Of a stretch of 64,000 nucleotides of DNA, positions 1 to 9,960 are shown in pieces. Location: NCBI GenBank assembly GCA_045604405.1, contig JAZUNZ010000018.1:499-64498 (forward strand), written 5' to 3'. Under the pieces are notes generated by a model that was not told where the DNA came from, did no database searches, and saw only the letters and a list, made by a program, of their open reading frames with translations. This stretch comes from Clostridia bacterium (GTDB taxonomy: Bacteria > Bacillota > Clostridia > TANB77 > CAG-465). The position numbers and the translations under genes are program-made. Position 1 is the first letter of the stretch; every line of letters starts with the position of its first letter.

Positions 1-795
1 GGCGAGATAGGCGTAATTACTAAAGACATTCGAAAAAACGGAGAAGAAATGATCTCCATAAACGAATTGATAGGGCACGGACCAACAAATCCAGAATATG
101 TAGACAAAGTAGATATAATTTTTGTGTTTAATAAGTTAGAAGAAAAATTAAGACTAGATGGATATGATGAAAATGATATCGACTTGTGCATGTTGCAACT
201 AAGAAAACAACTGTTATATGACATATATGTAATGGAAACAGATAGGCATACGGAAAATGTATCTTGTATTATAAGTAAAGACGCTAAGACTGGCAAACCA
301 GATATACGCATTGCTGCAATGTATGATACAGAAGATGCTTTAGTATTATATGACGATGATGAAATGATAAACGGAATTTCGGATAGTATGGTTATGACTG
401 CTAATATAACTGACATGCAAGAACCTAAAATGTGTGTTATTCCGGAAAAAGAAGATAAGGAACAAAACGCTATAGGCTTGACACTATTAGAACAGCTTCA
501 ACTACAGGTGGGAGAAAGCTATGCCACTGAAAGTGAAGAAATATGGAAAACAACGCTTGACTTTTTGATAGAGGATAGAAGAGCGTATGCATATTTAGAA
601 GAAACATTAAGCTGTATGGATATTAAAAAAGCAATAGAAGAAGTAGAACAAACAAAAAAATGTAACATACCTGATGCTGTTAAAAATATGGCGATTGCAT
701 GCTTTGAGGATAGAAAAAATGCAATAGCTTATGAGCTTGGATTAGATATAGAATATAATTATAAAAAAGAAATTAGCGCAGAAGAGTTGACATAA
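1..795 (+). CDS. HipA-like (HipA_C / PI3-PI4-kinase fold) protein kinase, 5' truncated by window edge
   Basis: Frame is open from base 1 (GEIGVITKDIRKNGEEM...). Catalytic-loop-like D-x5-TDRHTEN and metal-binding-like RIAAMYD (cf. LAPxYD). Confidence 0.65.
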   Translation, partial: GEIGVITKDIRKNGEEMISINELIGHGPTNPEYVDKVDIIFVFNKLEEKLRLDGYDENDIDLCMLQLRKQLLYDIYVMETDRHTENVSCIISKDAKTGKPDIRIAAMYDTEDALVLYDDDEMINGISDSMVMTANITDMQEPKMCVIPEKEDKEQNAIGLTLLEQLQLQVGESYATESEEIWKTTLDFLIEDRRAYAYLEETLSCMDIKKAIEEVEQTKKCNIPDAVKNMAIACFEDRKNAIAYELGLDIEYNYKKEISAEELT

Positions 796-815
796 GAATA
801 AAACGGTGCTATAAT
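787..815 (+). promoter_or_regulatory. sigma-A promoter overlapping the kinase stop codon
   Basis: TTGACA-17 nt-TATAAT with extended -10 TG; perfect consensus. Confidence 0.8.
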
Positions 816-869
816 AGTAGTGCGTTTGTAACAAAACAGACTTACACTAACTATGTGAAAGGAGAAGAA

Positions 870-1154
870 ATGATAAAATATATTATTTACTATAAAGAAC
901 ATAGTATTGGCGAGCTTTATATAAATAAAGATAGTCAGTATAAATATGTGGCAGACGAAAAGAAGATCGAAGAAGTAGAAAAAACAGAAGATGTGTGCAT
1001 ATATGCAGATGCTAAAAAGAGTCGCGATTGGGGAGAACCTATTGCATTCTTTGATAGCCGCATCGAAAACTGCAAACGTTTCGGAATGGTAGACAAAGTC
1101 AAGTATCCAAATAGTGATTACTATTTTATAAAGGACAACCATTTTGAAGCATAA
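870..1154 (+). CDS. HipA N-terminal-domain-like (HipS-like) small protein
   Basis: RBS AAAGGAGA before ATG 870. YYKEHSIGELYI...YKY and PIAFFDSRI...KR...DYYF resemble HipA_N/HipS patterns. Adjacent to the kinase. Confidence 0.5.
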   Translation: MIKYIIYYKEHSIGELYINKDSQYKYVADEKKIEEVEKTEDVCIYADAKKSRDWGEPIAFFDSRIENCKRFGMVDKVKYPNSDYYFIKDNHFEA

Positions 1155-1341
1155 AAATTAAGCGAGTACTTGGTACTCGCTTTTTTCTTTAGTATGTTTT
1201 CTGTATAAGACATACTTGTCGGTAAAACCAACTGTGATTTTAACTGTCCGACCAATCCAAGAGGTTTGTATATAGAATAGGGTAGGCTCTACATACAAGA
1301 CTTTTATTTATGCGCATAATAAAGTTTATACATCTTGGTAC
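1155..1341 (-). ncRNA. Candidate structured small RNA, about 185 nt
   Basis: Minus-strand TTGACA(1376-1371)-17-TAGTAT(1353-1348) promoter, several stems with G-U pairs only on the minus strand, ends at the terminator, no credible ORF. Confidence 0.5.
1159..1190. terminator. Bidirectional intrinsic terminator
   Basis: AAGCGAGTAC-TTG-GTACTCGCTT hairpin with a T tract on + and an A/T tract on -. Confidence 0.85.
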
Positions 1342-1517
1342 AACACAATACTACTATTATAGACAAAAAATGTCAATAACATCTAAATTAAAAATAGGTT
1401 ACAAAATTGTTACAAAAAAATAAAAGTGTTTATATTGCTTGTAAAGTCGCTTGTGTTGTTTTATACTATAATAGTGATGCTAAGATGAATAATATAATGA
1501 AAGGATAATGTAAAAGT

Positions 1518-2843
1518 ATGAGAAATAGAAAAGGTGTATCACTAATAGTACTAGTGATAACAATAATAATAATGATAATTTTAGCAGGTTCAATAATATT
1601 GACATTGAGTAATAATGGATTGATAACAAAAGCAAGTGATGCTGTAAAATTAACAGACTTATCCAATGTAAAAAAATTGGCAATTTTAAAGTGGACTGAA
1701 GCGTTTGCAGAGAATAAACAAACACAAGAAGAATTAGAACAAGCTGTAATTGATGGCTTGGAAGAAAGCAATATAGACATATCTAAGTATGATATTAAAG
1801 TAACAACAGAATGGGTACAAGTATCGCTAAAGGAGACGGAAAGTGATACGGGTGAACAAGATCAACCTGAAACTGACGAAGAAGTTCAAAAGTATTCTGT
1901 ATGGACGCAGACGGATAAGTTAACCGTTGAAAAAGGCAATATAAAACTAGAGATAGGAGATAAGATAAACTATATAGACAAAGCTGGAACAAACGGAAGT
2001 GAGTTGTATTTTGGAGAATGGAAAGTGTTAGGCGCAGAGAATGGCAAAATTTTAATAGTTTCAGCTACAAATGTGACAACTAAGACACTTGGCTCTGAAA
2101 CGGATTCGAAAGTTTCTCAAGATGCGTATGTAAATGGAATAAAATATTTAAATGATGTATGTGCTCCTTATGGAACGGGCAATGGTGCAAATGGGGCAAA
2201 ATGTGTTGCAATGAAAGATGTTGCGAGGTTAGTTGGTGATGAATTAGTAGGTATTAGCTTTAATGATGATCCTTTATTTGCTGCTGGGCAAATAATAAAA
2301 TATTATTGGGACTCGGATAATTTTCCATATTACATCTCTACAAGTGGGGAGAGTGGAAATTTGTCTGATACTAGAAACATTGAAATAACTGACTTTGCGA
2401 GTTTTACATGGTATGATGGAACTGCATGGCGTACAGCTAAAAAAGATCAATCTGCTACGGACAGCAAGAGGATACTTATACAATCGGATGGAGTGGCTGC
2501 TAAAATAGAAAATATTGGTTATGAGTTAGCTAATGGTTCGGATGGAATAAGAAATTTAAAAGTCAAAAATGAAAAAGCATATAATGCCATGTTTGAACAT
2601 ACTGAGGATTTTTGGCTAGCAGATAAAATTGTTGATAGTTATTGGGGACCGGAGTATGGCTTTAGAGGAATTAGTTTTCCGAGCGAGCCTAATGTAGCTT
2701 ATGTTAGTACTAGCATATTAACTGTATTTAATGCAAGCGGCTGGAGTGCAGATTGGGAACGTGGCGTACGTGTTATTGTAGAGCTTGATGAAAATGTCAA
2801 TTTAAGTGGTTCGTCAACAAACGGATGGAATATAGTAAATTAA
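1518..2843 (+). CDS. Type IV pilin-like (class III signal peptide) surface protein
   Basis: MRNRKG|VSLIVLVITIIIMIILAG prepilin-like N-terminus. Globular C-terminus with WKVLG...LIVS, FWLA and GVRVIVEL motifs. Confidence 0.7.
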   Translation: MRNRKGVSLIVLVITIIIMIILAGSIILTLSNNGLITKASDAVKLTDLSNVKKLAILKWTEAFAENKQTQEELEQAVIDGLEESNIDISKYDIKVTTEWVQVSLKETESDTGEQDQPETDEEVQKYSVWTQTDKLTVEKGNIKLEIGDKINYIDKAGTNGSELYFGEWKVLGAENGKILIVSATNVTTKTLGSETDSKVSQDAYVNGIKYLNDVCAPYGTGNGANGAKCVAMKDVARLVGDELVGISFNDDPLFAAGQIIKYYWDSDNFPYYISTSGESGNLSDTRNIEITDFASFTWYDGTAWRTAKKDQSATDSKRILIQSDGVAAKIENIGYELANGSDGIRNLKVKNEKAYNAMFEHTEDFWLADKIVDSYWGPEYGFRGISFPSEPNVAYVSTSILTVFNASGWSADWERGVRVIVELDENVNLSGSSTNGWNIVN

Positions 2844-2849
2844 AAACAG

Positions 2850-2890
2850 ATAAATCGTTTTGGAGCTTTGTGCTTAAAAGCGATTTATTT
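2850..2890 (+). terminator. Intrinsic terminator after the pilin-like gene
   Basis: ATAAATCGTTTT...AAAGCGATTTAT hairpin followed by TTT. Confidence 0.65.
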
Positions 2891-2988
2891 GTATATATTA
2901 TATTATATTGATAATTCTATATAATGATGAGTATTCCTAATTAAACATAAAATATTTCAAAAATATTGCAAAATATTTCAAAAAGCAC

Positions 2989-3017
2989 TTGCTTTTCATA
3001 TATTTGTGTGTTACAAT
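2989..3017 (+). promoter_or_regulatory. sigma-A promoter of the S10 operon
   Basis: TTGCTT-17-TACAAT with TG extension and upstream A/T-rich repeats. Confidence 0.7.
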
Positions 3018-3029
3018 ATCTGTGTTGAT

Positions 3030-3108
3030 TTGCGTTGAAGTGGTAGATGGCTATGCTAAGACATAGGGAACTTCCATGGAGCATGTCTGATTTTAAATCG
3101 GGCGGCAA
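3030..3108 (+). ncRNA. rpsJ (S10 operon) ribosomal protein leader RNA
   Basis: GCGuUGAAGUGG...GGAACUUCCAUGGAGCAUGUC...GGGCG pattern resembling Firmicutes S10 leaders. Hairpins CTATG/CATAG and GTCTGATT/AATCGGGC. Confidence 0.7.
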
Positions 3109-3226
3109 GTATTGAATTTGTATTTGCCAAATATTAATTTGGCTTTATATTATATCACAAATTTGAAACACGCGGGGTAGTGTAAAACTTGTTAGTCCTT
3201 GAAATTTTAGTAAAGGAGTGAAAAAT

Positions 3227-3544
3227 ATGGCAAAAACAAATGTATCAAAAATGAGAATAAGATTAAAAGCTTATGATCACGTAGTGCTAGAACAAACTGC
3301 ACTTAAACTAGTTGAAGTAGCTAGAAATTCAGGAGCTGAGGTATCAGGACCTGTACCATTACCAACTAGAAAAGAAATCGTAACTATTCTTCGTTCACCA
3401 CACAAACACAAAGATTCTAGAGAACAATTTGAAATAAGAACACACAAGAGAGTTATCGATGTTAAGGCACCAAACCAAGCAACAGTTGATGCGCTTATGG
3501 CAATAGATATGCCAGCTGGTGTTGAAATCGAAGTTAAACTTTAA
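3227..3544 (+). CDS. rpsJ: 30S ribosomal protein S10
   Basis: IRLKAYDH...GPVPLPT...[22 protein letters not shown] 3227 fits RBS AAGGAG. Confidence 0.98.
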   Translation: MAKTNVSKMRIRLKAYDHVVLEQTALKLVEVARNSGAEVSGPVPLPTRKEIVTILRSPHKHKDSREQFEIRTHKRVIDVKAPNQATVDALMAIDMPAGVEIEVKL

Positions 3545-3657
3545 TAATATTTAGTAGCAATCCTTAAATCCTTAAGGCAAGTGCATACCCTATACTGAAT
3601 ATGACAGTTAAGTTAAACTTAAAAGTTTAGTAAATTTTAAAGGGAGGAAAAACAAAA

Positions 3658-4284
3658 ATGAAAGAACTTTATGGTAAAAAGTTAGGTATGACTCAAATCT
3701 TTAATGAAGACGGAACAGTTGTACCAGTAACAGTTATCGAAGCATACAAGCTTGTAGTTGTTGGTAAAAAGACTCAAGACAAAGAAGGCTACAATGCAAT
3801 AGTTGTTGGTTTCGGTGACATCAAAGAAAACAGAGCAAACAAACCTCAAAAAGGAGTATTTGCAAAAGCAGGGGTACCTGTTAAAAAATACATAAAAGAA
3901 ATTAAAGTAGAAAATCCAGACGAATACGAAATAGGAACTGAAATTACTTTAGAGTGTTTAGAAGCTGGAGACCATGTGGATGTACACGGTATATCTAAAG
4001 GTAAAGGATTCCAAGGTGTAATTCATAGATTTGGATTACATAGAGGACCAACTACTCACGGTTCTAACTATCATAGAAGACCAGGTTCAATGAGTGCTGG
4101 TACTAACCCAGGTAGAGTATTCAAGAACAAAAAACTTGCTGGACACATGGGACATGTAAATCGTACAGCAATAAACCTTGAAGTAGTAAGAGTAGATATA
4201 GACAAAAATGCGGTATTAGTTAAAGGTTCTGTACCTGGAGCTAAGGGAGCAACTCTAAATATTACTAAGAGTGTAAAAGCTTAG
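3658..4284 (+). CDS. rplC: 50S ribosomal protein L3
   Basis: GKKLGMTQIF, SKGKGFQG, GHMG; operon position. Confidence 0.98.
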   Translation: MKELYGKKLGMTQIFNEDGTVVPVTVIEAYKLVVVGKKTQDKEGYNAIVVGFGDIKENRANKPQKGVFAKAGVPVKKYIKEIKVENPDEYEIGTEITLECLEAGDHVDVHGISKGKGFQGVIHRFGLHRGPTTHGSNYHRRPGSMSAGTNPGRVFKNKKLAGHMGHVNRTAINLEVVRVDIDKNAVLVKGSVPGAKGATLNITKSVKA

Positions 4285-4301
4285 GAAAGGAGAAATAAAA
4301 A

Positions 4302-4922
4302 ATGCTTAAAACAGACGTATTAGATATAACAGGAAAGAAAGTATCTGACATTGAGTTAAATGAAGCTGTTTTTGGAGTAGAGGTTAACGAAGTAGTAGTG
4401 CACCAAGCATTAGTAAACTTCTTAGCTAATCAAAGACAAGGAACACAATCTACAAAAACTCGTGCAGAAGTTCGTGGTGGTGGTATAAAACCATGGAGAC
4501 AAAAAGGAACTGGTAGAGCAAGACAAGGTTCAATCAGAGCACCACAATGGATTAAAGGTGGTATTGCTTTAGGACCAAAACCTAGAGATTATAGATTCAA
4601 ACTACCTAAAAAAGTAAGAGCACTAGCAATAAAATCTGTTCTTACAACAAAACTTGCAGAAAACAAACTTGTTGTAGTAGACAAAATTGAACTTAGCGAA
4701 ATTAAAACAAAAGAAATGGTTAAAGTATTAAATAACCTTAAAGCAAATAAAGCTTTAGTTGTTTTAAATGAAAAGAACCTAAACGTTCAAGCATCTGCAA
4801 GAAATATTGAAAATACTAAAACAATAACAGTTAATACAATCAACATTTATGATTTATTAAGATTTGAAACTTTAGTATTAGATGTAAATGCAGTTAAAAC
4901 TTTAGAGGAGGTGTACGCTTAA
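4302..4922 (+). CDS. rplD: 50S ribosomal protein L4
   Basis: [33 protein letters not shown]. Confidence 0.98.
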   Translation: MLKTDVLDITGKKVSDIELNEAVFGVEVNEVVVHQALVNFLANQRQGTQSTKTRAEVRGGGIKPWRQKGTGRARQGSIRAPQWIKGGIALGPKPRDYRFKLPKKVRALAIKSVLTTKLAENKLVVVDKIELSEIKTKEMVKVLNNLKANKALVVLNEKNLNVQASARNIENTKTITVNTINIYDLLRFETLVLDVNAVKTLEEVYA

Positions 4923-5293
4923 TGTTATACGCAGAAGATGTTATAATCAAGCCTATAATAACTGAAAAAAGTTATATGGAAATGGCAAATGGAAAATACA
5001 CTTTCCAAACAAAAATAGATGCAACTAAAATAGATATAAAAAATGCAGTTGAAACACTATTTAATGTTAAAGTATTAAAAGTAAACACTTTAAGATATGA
5101 CGGTAAGTCAAAAAGAGTTGGAGTACACCAAGGTAAAACAGCTGCTTGGAAAAAAGCAATTGTTACAATAGATACAAATCCTAAGGATGAAAAATATCTA
5201 GCAAAAGGTGGAAAAGAAACAAAGATTGCTAAAAAATACAACACAGAAATTACTGAAATAAGTTCAGCATTCGCAAACGAGGGAGGAAACTAA
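4922..5293 (+). CDS. rplW: 50S ribosomal protein L23 with C-terminal extension
   Basis: [30 protein letters not shown]. Confidence 0.96.
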   Translation: MLYAEDVIIKPIITEKSYMEMANGKYTFQTKIDATKIDIKNAVETLFNVKVLKVNTLRYDGKSKRVGVHQGKTAAWKKAIVTIDTNPKDEKYLAKGGKETKIAKKYNTEITEISSAFANEGGN

Positions 5294-5294
5294 T

Positions 5295-6128
5295 ATGGGA
5301 ATAAAAACATTTAGACCAACAACTCCGTCTAGAAGAAATATGACAGTTCTTACAAACGAAGAAATAACTAAAAAATCTCCAGAAAAAACACTTCTTACAA
5401 CACTTAAAAAGAATGCTGGAAGAAACAATACTGGTAAGATAACTGTTAGACACCACGGTGGCGGACAAAGAAGAAAATATAGAATAATAGATTTCAAAAG
5501 AAATAAAATGGATATGTTTGCTACAGTTATTGGTATCGAATATGATCCAAACAGAAGTGCAAATATAGCTTTAATAGAATATGAAGATGGAACAAAATCT
5601 TACATACTAGCACCAAAAGGATTAACTGATGGTATGAAAGTTATATCTTCTGAAACAGCAGATATAAAACCAGGAAACAGCATGCCAATTAGTGCAATTC
5701 CTGTAGGTACAGAAATACACAATATAGAACTTCACAAAGGTAAAGGTGGTCAATTAGTTAGAACAGCAGGAGCTGCTGCACAACTTATGGCTAAAGAAGG
5801 AAAATATGCACACGTTAGAATGCCATCTGGAGAAATGAGACTTATACCAGTTGATTGCTTTGCTACAATCGGTGTAGTTGGAAATTCAGATCATGAAAAC
5901 GTATCTTATGGTAAAGCAGGAAGAACAAGACATATGGGTATAAGACCAACAGTAAGAGGATCTGTAATGAACCCTAACGATCACCCACACGGTGGTGGTG
6001 AAGGTAGAGCTCCAGTTGGACACGCAGGACCTATGACTCCTTGGGGTAAACCAGCTTTAGGTTACAAGACTCGTAAGAAAAACCATAGAACAGATAAGTT
6101 CATAGTTAAGAGAAGAAATAGAAAGTAG
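5295..6128 (+). CDS. rplB: 50S ribosomal protein L2
   Basis: [29 protein letters not shown]. Confidence 0.99.
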   Translation: MGIKTFRPTTPSRRNMTVLTNEEITKKSPEKTLLTTLKKNAGRNNTGKITVRHHGGGQRRKYRIIDFKRNKMDMFATVIGIEYDPNRSANIALIEYEDGTKSYILAPKGLTDGMKVISSETADIKPGNSMPISAIPVGTEIHNIELHKGKGGQLVRTAGAAAQLMAKEGKYAHVRMPSGEMRLIPVDCFATIGVVGNSDHENVSYGKAGRTRHMGIRPTVRGSVMNPNDHPHGGGEGRAPVGHAGPMTPWGKPALGYKTRKKNHRTDKFIVKRRNRK

Positions 6129-6141
6129 GAGGTAACACACT

Positions 6142-6420
6142 ATGTCAAGATCACTAAAAAAAGGACCTTATGTAGATGCTAAACTTTTAGCTAGAATCGA
6201 AAAAATGAACGAAAATGACGAAAAAGTAGCACTTAAGACATGGTCAAGATCATCTACTATATATCCTCAAATGATAGGTCATACAATTGCGGTTCATGAT
6301 GGAAGAAAACATGTACCTGTATATGTAACAGAGGAAATGGTAGGACACAAATTAGGCGAATTCGCTCCAACAAGACTTTTCAGAGGTCATGCAGGAGACA
6401 AAAAGAGCAAAGTAAATTAG
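6142..6420 (+). CDS. rpsS: 30S ribosomal protein S19
   Basis: [26 protein letters not shown]. Confidence 0.99.
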   Translation: MSRSLKKGPYVDAKLLARIEKMNENDEKVALKTWSRSSTIYPQMIGHTIAVHDGRKHVPVYVTEEMVGHKLGEFAPTRLFRGHAGDKKSKVN

Positions 6421-6441
6421 TAAATTAGGAGGAAACAAGAA

Positions 6442-6777
6442 ATGGAAGCAAGAGCTGAATTAAAATTTGCAAGAATAAGTGCAAGAAAAGCTAAAATTGT
6501 TTTGGACCTAATAAAAGGAAAAGATGCTCATGAAGCGCTAGCAATACTTAAATATACAAATAAAGCAGCTAGCCCTATAGTTTCTAAAATCCTTAAATCT
6601 GCTATGGCTAACGCAACAAACAATCATTCAATGAATGAAAGCAAATTAGTAGTTGCAGAAGCTATTGCAAATCAAGGGCCAACAATGAAAAGAATAAGTC
6701 CAAGAGCTCAAGGTAGAGCGTATAGAATAAGAAAAAGAACTAGTCATATAAGAATAGTTCTAAAAGAAGTAGAATAG
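6442..6777 (+). CDS. rplV: 50S ribosomal protein L22
   Basis: [24 protein letters not shown]. Confidence 0.98.
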   Translation: MEARAELKFARISARKAKIVLDLIKGKDAHEALAILKYTNKAASPIVSKILKSAMANATNNHSMNESKLVVAEAIANQGPTMKRISPRAQGRAYRIRKRTSHIRIVLKEVE

Positions 6778-6788
6778 GAGGAAGCACG

Positions 6789-7448
6789 ATGGGTCAAAAA
6801 GTAAGTCCACATGGTTTGAGAGTAGGCATAATAAAAGACTGGTCTTCTAAATGGTATGCAAACAAACAAAACTTTGCTGATTACCTAGCAGAAGATAACA
6901 AAATTCGTAAATATCTTAAAAACACTTTAAAATCTGCTGGAATTTCTTCTATTAACATAGAAAGAAAAGGAACAGACGTAAAAGTAAATGTAGCAACTGC
7001 TAAACCTGGTATGATAATAGGTAAAGGTGGTTCTGCTATAGAAGAACTTAAAAAGAAATTAGAAAAAATGACAGGTAAAACTGTATCTTTAAATATTGAA
7101 GAAGTTAAGAATATAGATATGGATGCAATGCTTGTTGCTGAATCTATTGCAAATCAACTAGAAAGAAGAATATCTTTCAGAAAAGCAATGAAACAAGCAA
7201 TGTCAAAAACAATGAAAGCTGGAGCTAAAGGTATAAAGACACAAGTGTCTGGACGTCTTGGTGGAGCTGAAATTGCAAGAGCAGAGCACTATAGCGAAGG
7301 AACTATACCTCTACAAACTTTAAGAGCAGATATAGATTATGGTTTTGCAGAAGCATTAACTACATATGGTATTATAGGTGTTAAAGTTTGGATATACAAA
7401 GGTGATGTTTTGCCTCAAAGAAAAGAAGCAAAAGGGGGTAACAAATAA
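6789..7448 (+). CDS. rpsC: 30S ribosomal protein S3
   Basis: [35 protein letters not shown]. Confidence 0.99.
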   Translation: MGQKVSPHGLRVGIIKDWSSKWYANKQNFADYLAEDNKIRKYLKNTLKSAGISSINIERKGTDVKVNVATAKPGMIIGKGGSAIEELKKKLEKMTGKTVSLNIEEVKNIDMDAMLVAESIANQLERRISFRKAMKQAMSKTMKAGAKGIKTQVSGRLGGAEIARAEHYSEGTIPLQTLRADIDYGFAEALTTYGIIGVKVWIYKGDVLPQRKEAKGGNK

Positions 7449-7885
7449 TGTTAGTACCTAAAAGAACAAAATTTAGAAAAATGCAAAAAGGTAGAATAAG
7501 AGGAAATGCTACAAGAGGAACTAAACTAGCTCATGGAGATTATGGAATAGTTGCTCAAGAGCCATCTTTTATAACAAATAACCAAATTGAAGCTGCCAGA
7601 GTTGTAATTTCTAAATATACAAAAAAATACGGTAAATCATGGATAACAATATTCCCAGACAAGCCAATAACTAAAAAACCTGCTGAAACAAGAATGGGTT
7701 CTGGTAAAGGTAACCCAGAATATTTCGTAGCAGTTGTTAAGCCTGGTAGAGTAATGTTTGAAATAAGTGGCCTAGACGAAGCTACATCTCGTGAAGCTTT
7801 GAAAAAGGCAATCCAAAAGCTTCCTATAAAATGTAAGATAATTACAAAGGAAGAAAGCTTAGGAGGTAATGACAGTGAAGAATAA
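7448..7885 (+). CDS. rplP: 50S ribosomal protein L16
   Basis: [23 protein letters not shown]. Confidence 0.98.
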   Translation: MLVPKRTKFRKMQKGRIRGNATRGTKLAHGDYGIVAQEPSFITNNQIEAARVVISKYTKKYGKSWITIFPDKPITKKPAETRMGSGKGNPEYFVAVVKPGRVMFEISGLDEATSREALKKAIQKLPIKCKIITKEESLGGNDSEE

Positions 7886-8186
7886 TAGATTAAATGATTA
7901 CAAGAAAATGGATGAAAAAGCTTTAACAGAAGAATTAAAAGCATTAAAATCTGAGCTTTTCAAACTTAGACTTTCTCATGCAATGAATGGTCTAGACAAT
8001 CCGAATAAAATAACAGAAACTAAAAGAAATATAGCTAGAGTTAACACAATCTTAACTATCAAGAAAAATGGTGGAGAAGTTGTAGTTAAAGAAGCTACTA
8101 AGAAAGCAACTGCAAAAAAAGCAGCGGCAAAGAAAACAACAAAAGCAGCTAAGGAAACAAAAGAAGCTGCAAAATCTGAAGAGTAG
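7875..8186 (+). CDS. rpmC: 50S ribosomal protein L29 with Lys/Ala-rich C-terminal tail
   Basis: LKSELFKLR...[20 protein letters not shown] 7875 fits RBS AGGAGG better than ATG 7869. Confidence 0.93.
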   Translation: MKNNRLNDYKKMDEKALTEELKALKSELFKLRLSHAMNGLDNPNKITETKRNIARVNTILTIKKNGGEVVVKEATKKATAKKAAAKKTTKAAKETKEAAKSEE

Positions 8187-8198
8187 GAGGATAAACTA

Positions 8199-8453
8199 GT
8201 GGAAAGAAATGCAAGAAAAACTAAAATAGGTAAAGTAGTTTCAAATAAAATGGATAAAACTATTGTTGTAAGAATCGACACTAAGTTTAAACATCCACTT
8301 TATAACAAAATCATGAACAAAACATTAAAAGTTAAAGCTCATGATGAAGAAAATGTTTGTGGTATCGGTGATACAGTTGAAATAATGGAAACTAGACCAC
8401 TAAGCAAAGATAAAAGATATAGACTAGTTAGAATAGTAGAAAAAGCTAAGTAA
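8199..8453 (+). CDS. rpsQ: 30S ribosomal protein S17
   Basis: [28 protein letters not shown]; GTG start. Confidence 0.98.
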   Translation: MERNARKTKIGKVVSNKMDKTIVVRIDTKFKHPLYNKIMNKTLKVKAHDEENVCGIGDTVEIMETRPLSKDKRYRLVRIVEKAK

Positions 8454-8471
8454 TGAAAAGGAGGAACTACT

Positions 8472-8840
8472 ATGATACAACAACAATCAGTTGTTAATGT
8501 CGCTGATAACACAGGAGCAAAAAAATTAATGTGTATTAGAGTTCTTGGTGGACACCACAGAAAATGGGGTAACATCGGAGACGTAATCGTAGCTTCTGTA
8601 AAACAAGCAATACCAGGTGGCGTTGTAGAAAAAGGCGATGTTGTAAAAGCAGTAATTGTTAGATCTAAAACAGGACTTAAACGTGCTGATGGATCATATA
8701 TAAAATTTGATGAAAATGCAGCTGTTATAATTAAAGATGACAAGACTCCAAAAGGAACTCGTATCTTTGGACCAGTTGCAAGAGAGCTAAGAGATAAAGA
8801 TTATATGAAGATTATATCTCTAGCACCTGAAGTACTTTAG
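8472..8840 (+). CDS. rplN: 50S ribosomal protein L14
   Basis: [34 protein letters not shown]. Confidence 0.99.
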   Translation: MIQQQSVVNVADNTGAKKLMCIRVLGGHHRKWGNIGDVIVASVKQAIPGGVVEKGDVVKAVIVRSKTGLKRADGSYIKFDENAAVIIKDDKTPKGTRIFGPVARELRDKDYMKIISLAPEVL

Positions 8841-8853
8841 GAGGTAAAGCACA

Positions 8854-9192
8854 ATGGTAAAGAATATTAAAAACGAAGCTAAAATCAAGCTAAGAGTTGA
8901 TGATACTGTTATCGTTAACACTGGTGTAGATAAAGGCAAAAAAGGTAAAATACTAAAAGTACTAAGAGCAGATAACAAAGTAATCGTTCAAGGCGTAAAC
9001 GTTAGAACAAAACACGTTAAACCTAAAAAACAAGGTCAAGAATCTGGAATACTTAAAGTTGAATCTCCAGTACACATTTCTAAAGTAAATTATTACTGCC
9101 CAAAATGTGAAAAAGGTGTAAAACTTGGAGTTAAAGTTGTTGACGGTAAGAAAATAAGAGTATGCAGAAAGTGTAATACTGAAATAAAGTAA
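8854..9192 (+). CDS. rplX: 50S ribosomal protein L24 (with CxxC...CxxC)
   Basis: KOW-like [25 protein letters not shown]. Confidence 0.97.
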   Translation: MVKNIKNEAKIKLRVDDTVIVNTGVDKGKKGKILKVLRADNKVIVQGVNVRTKHVKPKKQGQESGILKVESPVHISKVNYYCPKCEKGVKLGVKVVDGKKIRVCRKCNTEIK

Positions 9193-9205
9193 GGAGGACG
9201 CAAGA

Positions 9206-9745
9206 ATGGATCTTAAAGAAAGATACATAAAAGAAGTTGTACCAGCACTTATGGATAAGTTTAAATACAAATCTGTAATGCAAGTACCAAAACTAGAAAA
9301 AATAGTTATAAATATGGGTGTTTCTGATGTTAAAGATAACTCTAAAGCATTAGACGTTGCAGTAAAAGATCTTGAAACAATAACAGGACAAAAACCTCTT
9401 ATAACAAAAGCTAGAAAATCTATAGCAGCCTTCAAATTAAGAGAAGGAATGAATATCGGATGCAAAGTAACTCTAAGAAGAGAAAAAATGTACGATTTTG
9501 CTACAAGATTATTCAACGTAGCACTTCCAAGAGTAAGAGATTTCAAAGGTGTTTCACCTAACTCTTTTGATGGACGTGGAAACTATGCTTTTGGTATTAA
9601 AGAGCAAATGATATTCCCAGAAATAGAATTCGATAAGGTAGATAAAGCACGCGGTATGGATGTTATATTTGTAACAACAGCTAAGTCAGATGAAGAAGCT
9701 AAAGCTCTTTTAGAGTTATTAGGACTACCTTTCGCTAAGAATTAA
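9206..9745 (+). CDS. rplE: 50S ribosomal protein L5
   Basis: [28 protein letters not shown]. Confidence 0.99.
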   Translation: MDLKERYIKEVVPALMDKFKYKSVMQVPKLEKIVINMGVSDVKDNSKALDVAVKDLETITGQKPLITKARKSIAAFKLREGMNIGCKVTLRREKMYDFATRLFNVALPRVRDFKGVSPNSFDGRGNYAFGIKEQMIFPEIEFDKVDKARGMDVIFVTTAKSDEEAKALLELLGLPFAKN

Positions 9746-9758
9746 GGAGGAAAGTTTA

Positions 9759-9944
9759 ATGGCTAAAAAATCAATGATAGCTAAACAACAAAGAACACCT
9801 AAGTTTAGCACAAGATATTATAACAGATGTAAATTGTGCGGAAGACCACATGCCTATATTAGAAAGTATGGAATATGCCGTATATGCTTTAGAGAATTAG
9901 CATACAAAGGTGAAATTCCAGGCGTTAAAAAGGCTAGTTGGTAG
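9759..9944 (+). CDS. rpsZ: 30S ribosomal protein S14 type Z (zinc-binding)
   Basis: 61 aa, RCKLCGR...CRICFRELA...PGVKKASW. Confidence 0.98.
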   Translation: MAKKSMIAKQQRTPKFSTRYYNRCKLCGRPHAYIRKYGICRICFRELAYKGEIPGVKKASW

Positions 9945-9960
9945 TAAGGAGGAACGTAAA

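Noticed and set aside
1158-1333. Possible minus-strand small ORF in the candidate sRNA
   Set aside because: ATG 1333 stops after 9 codons; the longer open stretch has no RBS-supported start.
1323-1344. GTTTATACATCTTGGTACAAC resembles a CRISPR repeat or anti-repeat end
   Set aside because: Single copy, no spacer array and no cas genes in the window.
2500-2843. Possible DGR variable region in the pilin-like gene
   Set aside because: No template repeat or reverse transcriptase seen in the window.
2948-2984. AAAATATT(T/G)C repeated three times
   Set aside because: Adequately explained as an A/T-rich UP-element region of the S10 promoter.
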